Source: an uncultured Prevotella sp. (GTDB taxonomy: Bacteria > Bacteroidota > Bacteroidia > Bacteroidales > Bacteroidaceae). Taken from it: a DNA stretch of 64,000 nt. Under the pieces are notes generated by a model. That model was given only the letters and a program-made list of their open reading frames with translations, ran no database searches and was not told where the DNA came from. Positions 1-9,900 of this stretch are shown piece by piece (the first letter of the stretch is position 1; each line of letters opens with the position of its first letter). The translations under genes and the position numbers were made by a program. The stretch is taken from NCBI GenBank assembly GCA_905236455.1, contig CAJOPT010000096.1, forward strand, positions 4,922 to 68,921. The letters run 5' to 3'.

Positions 1-499
1 TCTTTCCGCGCTCTACTGCTATATCAGTGAGCATATCTGTAACCGAATAACGTGTCATTGCCACCATCTTATCACTGAACTGCGACAACTCTTTCAGACG
101 TCCACGCTTGTTGGTTACCAACAACCAATAGGCATTTGTCGCAATTGGCATAGTAAGCGCAGTTCCTTTTCTTCGTAAACGCTCTGCCCTAACCAGATCT
201 GTCACACTTCCCTGAATACTCCCTCCTATCAACGCTGTGTCACAATCCATCTGTGCATTAAACTGCTTAAGGCGGATATCCACTTTCGTGGTGTCATACA
301 ACACACTGTCTTTAAGCAAATATATCGGGAGACAGTCAAGTGTAGGCAAAACTCCTACCTTGAACGCAGCAGCATATTCAGCCGCAAGCTTCTCTTTCTC
401 TGCTTTCGTGCGGGCATGACGCTGTTCATCAGACTCCCCACATGAACTGAGCAAACACAAGAGCAATCCAACTGTCAGACTTTTTATAATTCTTACCAT
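1..499 (-). CDS. ABC transporter substrate-binding lipoprotein (SsuA/NMT1-like), runs off the window edge
   Basis: Not in the ORF track. Manual translation from ATG 499 is open to position 1: MVRIIKSLTVGLLLCLLSSCGESDEQ...FKVGVLPTLDCLPIYL. Lipobox LSSC and a KVGVLPTLDCLP segment typical of class II periplasmic binding proteins. Confidence 0.75.
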   Translation of the reverse strand, partial: MVRIIKSLTVGLLLCLLSSCGESDEQRHARTKAEKEKLAAEYAAAFKVGVLPTLDCLPIYLLKDSVLYDTTKVDIRLKQFNAQMDCDTALIGGSIQGSVTDLVRAERLRRKGTALTMPIATNAYWLLVTNKRGRLKELSQFSDKMVAMTRYSVTDMLTDIAVERGK

Positions 500-784
500 A
501 ATGCAAAAGTACAATTTAGTGAGCAAAGTACAAAACAAAATCACATTTTTATTTCCAAACAAACCATATTAAACTACAATAAAAATACAATGAAACTTTT
601 TTGCTAATCTATTTTTTGAATTTTTCTTGAAGAATTACTATGTTACTAAATAAATAACATAAAATTCAGTCAACAATGGACCATTATTCGAGAAAAAGTC
701 GTATTTTTGTGACACCATTTGAAAACAGACGATAATGATTAAAAGGTCCACACTTTATTATAATAAAATAGTTACTAAAAACAA

Positions 785-952
785 ATGACTATATTGACTA
801 TTATTGGCGTTGTCGTATTGATTCTACTGCTTTTCGTTGGCGGTGGATTGCTGGGATGGCTCATAAAAGGAATTGAAATGATTCTCAGTTTCTTGTCGGA
901 AGGCTGCAGTCATACCTTAGGTTGCCTGTTGGAGCAATTATTTAGAACGTGA
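785..952 (+). CDS. Small hydrophobic membrane protein (55 aa), possibly 3'-truncated/fused
   Basis: Manual translation MTILTIIGVVVLILLLFVGGGLLGWLIKGIEMILSFLSEGCSHTLGCLLEQLFRT*. AT-rich leader and TATTTTTG -7 motif at 702-709. Confidence 0.55.
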   Translation: MTILTIIGVVVLILLLFVGGGLLGWLIKGIEMILSFLSEGCSHTLGCLLEQLFRT

Positions 953-1187
953 GGTAACTGAGGTGCTGACGGAATTGTCTGCACAGGGTTATCAGGTGGA
1001 GTCTGATGAACCGGGCATTTCTACATTCAGAAATGTCAAGTTGAAGAATGGGGAGGAAACCATTGAACTGGTTTGCAGCCAGATGGAACCTGACAAGAAC
1101 GGACAAGAGGACATCACACCTGAGGATGAAGAATGGTGGGTGGAAGATATCTACGAAAACGGAGAATCGTTTGCTAAACAGTTTTAA
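921..1187 (+). pseudogene. 3' fragment of an acidic hypothetical protein
   Basis: The frame of ORF 963..1187 stays open back to TAG 918-920 (VACWSNYLEREVTEVLTEL...) with no good start, and it overlaps the end of the 785 ORF. Protein-like sequence followed 2 nt later by the next ATG. Confidence 0.45.
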
Positions 1188-1189
1188 GT

Positions 1190-1896
1190 ATGGAAATAAG
1201 TTTGAAGGAACATTGGAAAAAGGCTGTGCAGGCAGAGACGGAAGCACGGATGCAGAAGTTGAAGGAATTCATAGAGAGCCATTCATCTAAAGATGGAATG
1301 AATCAAGAGCTAAGACCCGCTATCGACTTCTCTCAGCAATTCCATTATGAACTGTGGGACGACGAGAAGATGAGGCGCAAACTCAACGAGTATCTCGACA
1401 GGACTACGACGAGGAGAAAGCCTACGCGCACCTCGTCCGTCCGTGGATGAAAGCCGTCAGACAATTGCTGGAGTATGTCACAGAGCGCGACCTCGCCACA
1501 GAAGGTGCTGGCGTGGGACGAGAGACCTATATCTTCAGTTGGAAGCCGGAGACGTTTGTGAGGGATTGGTGGCAGCCCTATCTCAATGCCGTGGGTTTTA
1601 AGGGCGTGACGGCTACTGCACCCAAGAACTGCTATGGAGTGAATTTCGGTCAACTGGTCTTAGACTATCAGGAGTGCCGTATTGTGCTGTGGGAATGGAA
1701 TCATGACACCTATTTCCTTCCGTATGTCAGAGCCGATGAGGACATTACCGAACTGAGATGTCCTGATTACCGCTTTTTGAAATTCCGCAGGCTCACACTC
1801 AGCGCCATAGTGGAATACCTCAGACAGTTGCCCCAAATAGCAGAAAAAGCCATCGCCGTCCTGTCCTTAGTGGCCTCGTTTTATTCGGAAGAATAA
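1190..1896 (+). pseudogene. Frameshifted hypothetical protein (~235 aa if repaired)
   Basis: ORFs 1190..1450 and 1354..1896 join into one sensible protein (...KLNEYLDR|DYDEEKAYAHLVRPW...) if one base is added at GAC AG(G) GAC TAC, about 1399-1402. Confidence 0.6.
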
Positions 1897-1970
1897 AAAA
1901 AAGTTGCCCTAATTTTTGAATTTTATCTACGATGTGTCTATATTAGGTCATAACTTCAAAAAAAGAAAGT

Positions 1971-2195
1971 ATGACAACAACAATCAGTACCACCTCAAAG
2001 AATCACTTCAACAAGATCCAGAAGTACCTCAACAACAAAAGGGTCTTCTCTACCCCATCTATCAACAACGGGGGCTACTCCATCACACTCTTCGACCTCA
2101 CATCCTCTCAAACCGACGAACTAATCAAAAAAATGACTCGCCAATTCCACCTTATCTCAATATCACAGTCAGAGCCTTTAGCTCTGGCTGCCTAA
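1971..2195 (+). CDS. Small hypothetical protein (74 aa) ending in -PLALAA
   Basis: ATG after an A-rich leader (AAAAGAAAGT ATG). C-ending codon bias like expressed genes. Fills the gap before the radA promoter. Confidence 0.75.
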   Translation: MTTTISTTSKNHFNKIQKYLNNKRVFSTPSINNGGYSITLFDLTSSQTDELIKKMTRQFHLISISQSEPLALAA

Positions 2196-2272
2196 CCCCC
2201 ACATTACATAAAAGCAAAGAAAAACAAGGCGAAATTTCTCCAAAAATGTTTCCGTATGTCAGCATTATTTTG

Positions 2273-2280
2273 TAATTTTG
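2273..2280 (+). promoter_or_regulatory. Bacteroidetes sigmaA -7 element for radA
   Basis: TAATTTTG matches TAnnTTTG, 4 nt upstream of the ATG. Confidence 0.6.
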
Positions 2281-2284
2281 TACT

Positions 2285-3673
2285 ATGGCAAAAGACAAGA
2301 CAGCATACGTATGCGAAAACTGCGGACAAGAATCTGCGAAATGGGTCGGGAAATGTCCCAGTTGTGGACAATGGAATACATTCAAGGAGATTCGCATCTC
2401 CAGCGATACAGGTACCAGAGCTGCGAAATCAGCTGCCACAACAGTACGGTCAAAGAGTGACAACCAAAACAGACCATTAAGGCTAAAAGACATCTCCTCG
2501 AAAGACGAGCCACGCATTGATATGCGTGACGAGGAACTTAACCGCGTACTTGGAGGAGGACTCGTACCAGGCTCTATCATTCTTCTTGGCGGTGAGCCAG
2601 GCATAGGCAAGAGTACACTTACTCTGCAAACTGTACTGAACATAAACGACAAACGCATTCTCTATGTCAGTGGTGAGGAGAGTGCGCATCAATTGAAAAT
2701 GCGTGCAGAAAGAATAACGACATCGTCGTCAGAAAACCTTCTTATCCTGACAGAGACCTCTTTAGAGAATGTTTTCAATCACATAAAGGAAACCCAACCA
2801 GAGATTGTCGTAATTGACTCTATTCAGACAATGGCTACAGAAGATGTGGATAGCAGCCCTGGAAGTATAAGCCAAGTACGTGAATGCGCTTCTGCCCTAC
2901 TGCGGTTTGCCAAAACGAGTGGTGTGCCTGTTTTGCTTATAGGTCACATAAATAAAGAAGGCTCTTTGGCCGGTCCTAAAATCCTTGAGCATATTGTAGA
3001 CACCGTGATACAGTTTGAGGGAGACCAGCATCACATATACCGTATATTGCGCTCTATAAAGAATCGTTTTGGCAGCACATCAGAACTGGGTATCTACGAG
3101 ATGAAACAGAATGGTCTCAGGCAAGTAAGCAATCCTTCAGAGCTACTTCTGACACAAGACCACGATGGACTATCTGGTATTGCGATCTCAGCTGCCATAG
3201 AAGGAGTAAGACCTTTTCTTGTTGAGACGCAGGCTTTAGTATCAACAGCCGCCTACGGTACTCCACAACGCTCAGCAACAGGCTTCGATCAACGTCGCCT
3301 GAACATGCTATTGGCGGTATTGGAGAAAAGAGTTGGTTTCAAGCTCGCACAAAAAGACGTATTCCTAAATATTGCAGGTGGATTACGTGTTACTGACCTT
3401 GCTACGGATCTCAGTGTTATAGCTGCGGTATTATCAAGCAATGTAGACACGCCAATAGAAAGTGGATGGTGCATGGCCGGAGAGGTTGGACTAAGTGGAG
3501 AAGTGCGTCCTGTAGCACGCATAGAGCAACGTATAGCCGAGGCTGAGAAACTTGGATTCAAGCATATTATAATACCAAAATACAATATGTCTGGAGTCAG
3601 CCACAGAAACAGTCAGATAGAAATTATTCCTGTAAGAAAAGTAGAAGAAGCCCTTCGCGCACTTTTTGGATAA
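2285..3673 (+). CDS. radA: DNA repair protein RadA/Sms
   Basis: Zn ribbon CENCG...CPSC, Walker A GGEPGIGKST, KNRFG motif, C-terminal Lon-like domain. Confidence 0.98.
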   Translation: MAKDKTAYVCENCGQESAKWVGKCPSCGQWNTFKEIRISSDTGTRAAKSAATTVRSKSDNQNRPLRLKDISSKDEPRIDMRDEELNRVLGGGLVPGSIILLGGEPGIGKSTLTLQTVLNINDKRILYVSGEESAHQLKMRAERITTSSSENLLILTETSLENVFNHIKETQPEIVVIDSIQTMATEDVDSSPGSISQVRECASALLRFAKTSGVPVLLIGHINKEGSLAGPKILEHIVDTVIQFEGDQHHIYRILRSIKNRFGSTSELGIYEMKQNGLRQVSNPSELLLTQDHDGLSGIAISAAIEGVRPFLVETQALVSTAAYGTPQRSATGFDQRRLNMLLAVLEKRVGFKLAQKDVFLNIAGGLRVTDLATDLSVIAAVLSSNVDTPIESGWCMAGEVGLSGEVRPVARIEQRIAEAEKLGFKHIIIPKYNMSGVSHRNSQIEIIPVRKVEEALRALFG

Positions 3674-3809
3674 CAACATAAAAACGATATTCATGATAGT
3701 AGTGAGACACATGAGTAAATAATTGTTAAATATTACAAACAAAAAAACAATGAACCGATAAATCATTTATCTTTGCTGCGATTTTATGTCTAACAAAAAA
3801 AGAGAAAGT

Positions 3810-4475
3810 ATGAAAAAGGTATTTATTTTGGCACTAACTGCCGCCACTATTAGTTTTTCAAGTTGTGGAAATAACACTGCACCAAAAGCTGACGCAGTAG
3901 ATTCTACTGAGATTGCCGACAGCATTTCTGCCATTGCAGAAGAGGCAAGTTCTGCCGCAGATGCCGCAATCAATGAGCTCACATCAAAATTGGATGCTAA
4001 AGATGCAAGTGCGTTCCAAGCTGCTCTTGAGGCTGCCAAGGCTAAGGTAGAGGAATTTGTTGCAAAGAATCCAGAAGCTGCAAAGGAGTATCTTACAAAA
4101 GTTCAGACGTTCCTTACAGAGAATGCTGACAAGATTAAGACCGCTATCGGTGACAATGCAGCTGTAAATACTGCTATTGGAGCGTTGACCGCAGCACCAG
4201 TAGACGACATCATCAACAATTTCTCCAGTAAACTGACTGAGGGAAAAGAAGCAGGAACTGAAGCTGTCAACGACGCAAAGGAGAAGCTCGACAAGGCAGC
4301 TGATGCTATAAAGGATGCTCCAGAGGCTGCAAAAGACGCAGCGAACAAAGCTGTTGAAGACGCAAAGAACAAGGCTAACGAGAAAGCAAACGAGGCAATT
4401 AAGGGAGCAAAGGACAAAGCTTCTGAGTCAATAGACAAGGCTGCTTCTGACGTAAAGGGTAAGTTAGGATTGTAA
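3810..4475 (+). CDS. Ala/Lys-rich helical lipoprotein with 11-residue repeats
   Basis: Start moved to MKKVFILALTAATISFSSC (lipobox). C-terminal amphipathic repeats. TATCTTTG promoter motif at 3768-3775. Confidence 0.85.
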   Translation: MKKVFILALTAATISFSSCGNNTAPKADAVDSTEIADSISAIAEEASSAADAAINELTSKLDAKDASAFQAALEAAKAKVEEFVAKNPEAAKEYLTKVQTFLTENADKIKTAIGDNAAVNTAIGALTAAPVDDIINNFSSKLTEGKEAGTEAVNDAKEKLDKAADAIKDAPEAAKDAANKAVEDAKNKANEKANEAIKGAKDKASESIDKAASDVKGKLGL

Positions 4476-4509
4476 TAGCTGATTAAGAATTACCATATAA
4501 AGTTTATAT

Positions 4510-4561
4510 AAAAAGAAAGATGGGATACAGAGATTTATCTCTGTATCCCATCTTTCTTTTT
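4510..4561. terminator. Bidirectional intrinsic terminator
   Basis: 25-bp perfect inverted repeat AAAAAGAAAGATGGGATACAGAGAT / ATCTCTGTATCCCATCTTTCTTTTT between convergent genes. Confidence 0.9.
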
Positions 4562-4609
4562 TAGAATATATTAATCAAATCTATATATTTGTCTCCATTT
4601 AATCACATT

Positions 4610-5065
4610 TCACCGAATCCTGTCTGCCGACTTTACCAACTGCTCATCGTGGCGCACTCCCTTATATGCTAACCAAAACAATATCGCAGAGATAAAAGGA
4701 AAAACTGTAGTCAGGTTCTTATTGTATTCTCCAATATCGCTTAAGCTTGTGTACATAAACACAACATGCAGTATCATCCATATAAGAATGAGTGCTATGC
4801 TGATACTGCACAAGCGCATTTGCAACGGACGGTTCTTGTAAAGAAATACTGTCACTAACGCAATGATACCAGACAGAGCCAGAGTCACAAACAAAGGACA
4901 ATATGCAAAGTTATATACGCCATCATAATCAACCAACGCTAAATTATACAGCACAGGACTGACACCCATGCCCTTCAGCTCGAAACTTCCTAATGGCAAG
5001 AACAAACAGACAAGATTAAGTATTGCCCCAAGCAAGAGATAAAGAGATTGTTTGCGCTGTATCAT
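4610..5065 (-). CDS. DUF4293 family membrane protein
   Basis: MIQRKQSLYLLL start, four hydrophobic segments, C-terminal DEQLVKSADRIR. Overlaps the rpoZ stop. Confidence 0.85.
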   Translation of the reverse strand: MIQRKQSLYLLLGAILNLVCLFLPLGSFELKGMGVSPVLYNLALVDYDGVYNFAYCPLFVTLALSGIIALVTVFLYKNRPLQMRLCSISIALILIWMILHVVFMYTSLSDIGEYNKNLTTVFPFISAILFWLAYKGVRHDEQLVKSADRIR

Positions 5066-5400
5066 CAGAACTCTTCCTGTGTTTCTTTTGACGGGTCACG
5101 CCAGTATATATTATCATCAACAAACTCTTGTGTGGCGAGAAGTGTCGGCTTTGGAAGCTTCTCGTAATATCTTGAGATCTCAATCTGCTCACGATTCTCA
5201 AATACTTCTTCCAAAGAGTCATTGTATGAAGCGAACTCTGCAAGCTTCTTGCTCAAATCCTGCTTTATCTCAACAGATATCTGATTGGCACGCTTTGCTA
5301 TTATAACAACACTCTCATAAATGTTGTTAGACTCCTCACATAGTGACATGATGTCACGGGTAACTGTATTTACCGGTGCTTTTGATTTCTTGTAATCCAT
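5065..5400 (-). CDS. rpoZ: RNA polymerase omega subunit (Bacteroidetes type)
   Basis: NIYESVVIIAKRANQI and PKPTLLATQEF motifs. bamD-rpoZ-DUF4293 gene order. Confidence 0.93.
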   Translation of the reverse strand: MDYKKSKAPVNTVTRDIMSLCEESNNIYESVVIIAKRANQISVEIKQDLSKKLAEFASYNDSLEEVFENREQIEISRYYEKLPKPTLLATQEFVDDNIYWRDPSKETQEEF

Positions 5401-5423
5401 ATATTTAATTTGTCTATATTTTA

Positions 5424-6257
5424 TTATTCGCTATCGGTTTTTGTGTAAACCTTACATTTCTCTATATATTTCTCTGCTGTTGAACGTTCTTTTGAGTCAG
5501 GATATTCATTTATAAAGCCATGACACTCCTCTTCGGCATCCTGATAACGTTCCAGTTTCTTAGAGTCCACACTCATCTGAGCCAACTCAAATTTACTCTT
5601 CATCAACAAAATAGCAAAGTCCTCACGTAAACTACTATATGGGTAGTCATTCAAGGCGTTTTGAGCTGTGATGATACATGCCTCATAATTATTTCCACCA
5701 CTTGTGCAGTTTCCAAAATAGGAGCCAAGGTTATAATATAGCTTGGCTGAGAGAAACTCCTTGCGCACTAATTTGTCTTGTAACTCAAACATGCGCTGCT
5801 CTGCCGTTCCTCTCAACTTCCCGTCGGGATAAAGGTCCAAATACTCCTGAAAGGCAGAAATAGCAGCGACCGTGGGTGTCTGATCCAATCGCGGCTCTGG
5901 AGTTCCCATGTAAAGACTCTGACCTGTATAGAAGGAAGCCATGTCTGCATAATATCCACGTGGATAAGACTGCACATACTTCCGGAAGGTCTCTGCGGCA
6001 CTCTCATAGTCCTTCAATCCATACTCAGACATTGCCAACATGTATAGACACTCCTGTGCGTTTTCCGTGCCTTTTTGTATTGTCACCAATTCCTGCAACA
6101 ATGTCACAGCATTTGTGTACTTTCCCTTAGCAAAGCATTCTTTTGCGTACTCGTATTTGTATTTATAGTCAGAAGACTTATATACACGATTAAATTCCTG
6201 AGCACAACTGCTCAAGAGAATTACTCCAAATACCGCAACAAGAATAGAATTTCTCAT
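5424..6257 (-). CDS. bamD: Outer membrane protein assembly factor BamD
   Basis: Lipobox LLSSC, TPR-like helices, PEPRLDQTPT motif. Start set at MRNSILV. Confidence 0.9.
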   Translation of the reverse strand: MRNSILVAVFGVILLSSCAQEFNRVYKSSDYKYKYEYAKECFAKGKYTNAVTLLQELVTIQKGTENAQECLYMLAMSEYGLKDYESAAETFRKYVQSYPRGYYADMASFYTGQSLYMGTPEPRLDQTPTVAAISAFQEYLDLYPDGKLRGTAEQRMFELQDKLVRKEFLSAKLYYNLGSYFGNCTSGGNNYEACIITAQNALNDYPYSSLREDFAILLMKSKFELAQMSVDSKKLERYQDAEEECHGFINEYPDSKERSTAEKYIEKCKVYTKTDSE

Positions 6258-6467
6258 CTGAATCTTTTTGAACTGCAAAAGTACACATAATTAAATAAAT
6301 ACACAAGGCACATGCCGATTTTTTAGCTAAAAAAACAATAAATAATACAAAAAAGCAACTTAAAACGGCTTTATAAAAAGATAATAGACATTTTATCGGA
6401 AGAAAAACGATTTGTCTCCCACTGCCTTACTTTAGAAAAACACGGCAGTGAGAGACTGTGTATTGGA

Positions 6468-6893
6468 TTAAAGATTATCTTTGATAGCCTTGATCAGTTC
6501 TTGATACTCCGCATCAGTCAGGTAAACCTTACCAGGATTCATCTGGAAAGTGCCGCCATAGTCTGGACCATCCACATATTTAGGAGCCAGGTGGAAATGC
6601 AGATGCGAGAGCTTGTCGCTATATGCTCCATAGTTAATCTTCTCTGGATTAAACGCCTTCTGCATTGCGCGTGTGACTCTTGCGACATCAGACATAAAAG
6701 CGTTACGGTCATCGTCGGACAGTTCATTAAGGTCATTCACATGGTCACGGTACGCAACGAGGCAACGACCGCGATAAGTTTGCTCCTTAAACAAGAAAGC
6801 ACGTGATACAGAAAGTTCGCAAATCTCAATCATCAGGTCATGTAAGGTCTGATTGTTTGTGCAATACAAGCACTCTTTTGGATCACTTTTCAT
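6468..6893 (-). CDS. HIT family protein
   Basis: CLYC N-terminus, KINYG...SHLHFHL histidine triad. Confidence 0.9.
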   Translation of the reverse strand: MKSDPKECLYCTNNQTLHDLMIEICELSVSRAFLFKEQTYRGRCLVAYRDHVNDLNELSDDDRNAFMSDVARVTRAMQKAFNPEKINYGAYSDKLSHLHFHLAPKYVDGPDYGGTFQMNPGKVYLTDAEYQELIKAIKDNL

Positions 6894-6938
6894 AATAGTT
6901 ACTATTTTTTATATGGGTTAAATATTGTACATATATCA

Positions 6939-9900
6939 TTAATACTCAGACCAAGCCTTTATGTCTATGTCGTCAAGCGACATGGTGCAGAAAGCATTAA
7001 TAAAGGCTGAGGCAAGGCGGCTATTCGTAATCAAAGGTATATTAAGGTCAATAGCAGCACGGCGTACTTTATAACCATTGGACAGCTCATGCTGAGTCAG
7101 GTTTTTCGGAATATTAACGACCATATCTATTTCCCTTTTATGCAACAAGTCAAGTGCCTGCGGTTGTTGACCTTCGTCTGAAGGCCAATGCACCAAAGTG
7201 TTTGTAACACCATTCTCCATGAGATATTTTGAGGTTCCGCCTGTAGCATATATCCTATAGCCGTTTGCGACAAGCATCTTTGCGGCATCCAACATCTCTG
7301 CTTTCTGTTTCGCGCCACCAGTAGACAACAAGATACTACCAGGAACTCTTTGCCCTTTATCATTAATACGGTTTGGAATTCTATGTCCAACAGAAAGCAT
7401 TGACTTTAATAACGCGCAGCTTGTATCATCGCCAAGACATCCTACTTCTCCTGTAGATGCCATATCGACACCAAGCACGGGGTCAGCTTTCTGAAGTCGG
7501 TTAAATGAGAATTGAGATGCCTTGATTCCGACATAGTCAAGGTCAAAAAGATTCTTATGCGGCTTCTCTACCTCCACCCCAAGCATCACTTTAGTGGCAA
7601 TATCTATAAGATTAAGTTTCAGCACTTTAGAAACGAATGGAAAAGAACGACTTGCCCTCAGGTTACACTCTATAACCAATATGTCATTATCGCGAGCCAT
7701 ATATTGAATATTGAACGGTCCGTTAATATGTAGAGCTTTAGCAATCTGTCTGCTCGTCCGCTTAATACGTCTTACCGTCTCAACATAAATTTTCTGAGGA
7801 GGAAACTGAATGGTGGCATCACCAGAATGTACTCCAGCAAACTCAATATGCTCACTGATAGCATAAGCAAGTATATCACCATCATGCGCCACAGCATCCA
7901 TCTCAATCTCCTTAGCATGCTCTATAAACTTAGAGACAACCACCGGGTGATCCTCACTTACATTTGCAGCTAACTGCAAGAAACGGGCAAGCTCATCTTC
8001 GTTGGAGCACACATTCATTGCCGCACCAGATAAAACATACGAAGGACGCACCAAGACAGGGAAACCAACACGCTCGACAAAGGCATTAATATCGTCCATG
8101 CTGGTAAGAGCACGCCACTCAGGCTGGTTAACGCCAAGCTCCGTAAGCATTTGTGAGAATTTTGCACGGTCTTCCGCGTTGTCAATATCCTTTGCTGATG
8201 TTCCAAGTATCCTCACATTCTGTTCATCAAGATAAACAGCCAGATTATTAGGTATCTGTCCACCAGTAGAAACAATAACTCCATGAGGTTGCTCAAAGTC
8301 AATGATATCCATGACTCTTTCAAAAGTTAGCTCATCAAAATACAAGCGGTCACACATGTCATAATCTGTTGACACCGTCTCGGGGTTATAGTTTATCATT
8401 ACCGCACGGAATTCTTGTGCACGAATGGTTTTCAGAGCCTGAACACCACACCAGTCAAACTCCACACTTGATCCAATGCGATAGGCTCCAGAACCAAGAA
8501 CTATAATGCTCTTTTTGTCATTCTCAAACTTTATATCGCTATTCACGCCAGAATATGTGACATACAGATAATTTGTCTGTGCGGGATATTCTGCCGCCAT
8601 GGTGTCAATCTGCTTAACCACGGGGAGTATGCCAAGTTTTTTGCGCAAATTACGTACTACCAATAATGCCTTATGCATATTACCGTACTCTTGCTCTAAC
8701 CCTACCGCACGAGCAATCTGGAAGTCGGTAAAGCCGTAGATTTTCGCTGTTCGCAACAACTCTTTGTCAATTTGAGGAATGCCATCCTCTACATTAGAGC
8801 ATTTAACCTTACGGAGTGTCTCATCAATATCAATTATATGCTTTAACTTCAACAGAAACCACTTGTCTATCTTTGTAAGATCATGTATGCGGTCAATTGT
8901 GTATTCTGGCAAATGCATTGCTTTCGAGATAACAAAAATACGATTATCAGTCGGTTTACGCAAAGCGGCTTGTATATCTGGAATAACGAGTTCCTTATTT
9001 TCCACAAAGCCATGCATACCTTGCCCTATCATGCGAAGACCTTTCTGTATAGCCTCCTCAAAATTACGTCCTATAGCCATGACCTCGCCCACAGACTTCA
9101 TAGAAGAGCCCAAAGCTTTGTCTACTCCATGGAATTTTGACAGATCCCAGCGTGGTATCTTACATACCACATAGTCCAATGCCGGCTCAAAGAATGCGCT
9201 TGTAGTCTTTGTGACAGAGTTATTCAGCTCGAATAGTCCATATCCCATACCCAGCTTAGCAGCGACAAAAGCCAACGGATACCCCGTAGCTTTTGATGCG
9301 AGTGCAGATGAGCGGCTGAGACGTGCGTTTACTTCAATGACACGATAGTCCTCACTTTGCGGATCAAAGGCATATTGTACGTTACATTCTCCAACAATTC
9401 CTATATGACGGATTATCTTAATCGCAAGAGCCCGTAACTTGTGATATTCAGAGTTTGAAAGGGTTTGCGATGGTGCAATGACAATAGACTCTCCCGTATG
9501 AATGCCAAGAGGGTCAAAATTCTCCATGTTACATACGGTAATACAATTATCGTACCTATCTCTTACCACCTCATACTCTATTTCCTTCCATCCTTTCAAG
9601 CTTTTCTCAACCAACACCTGAGGAGAGAAAGAAAAAGCTTTCTCGGCTAACTTGTTTAACTCCTTCTCATTATCGCAGAAGCCTGAGCCTAATCCACCTA
9701 ATGCGTAGGCGGCACGTATAATGACAGGATAACCCAACGTCGCAGCTGCCTTCCGAGTCTGCTCTATCGTCTCACACGCCTCACTTTTTATGGTCTTCAC
9801 ACCTATCTCGTTCAGACGCTCCACGAACAGCTCACGGTCTTCCGTGTCCATGATTGCCTGAACAGGAGTACCCAATACTTTGACACCATACTTGTCAAGT

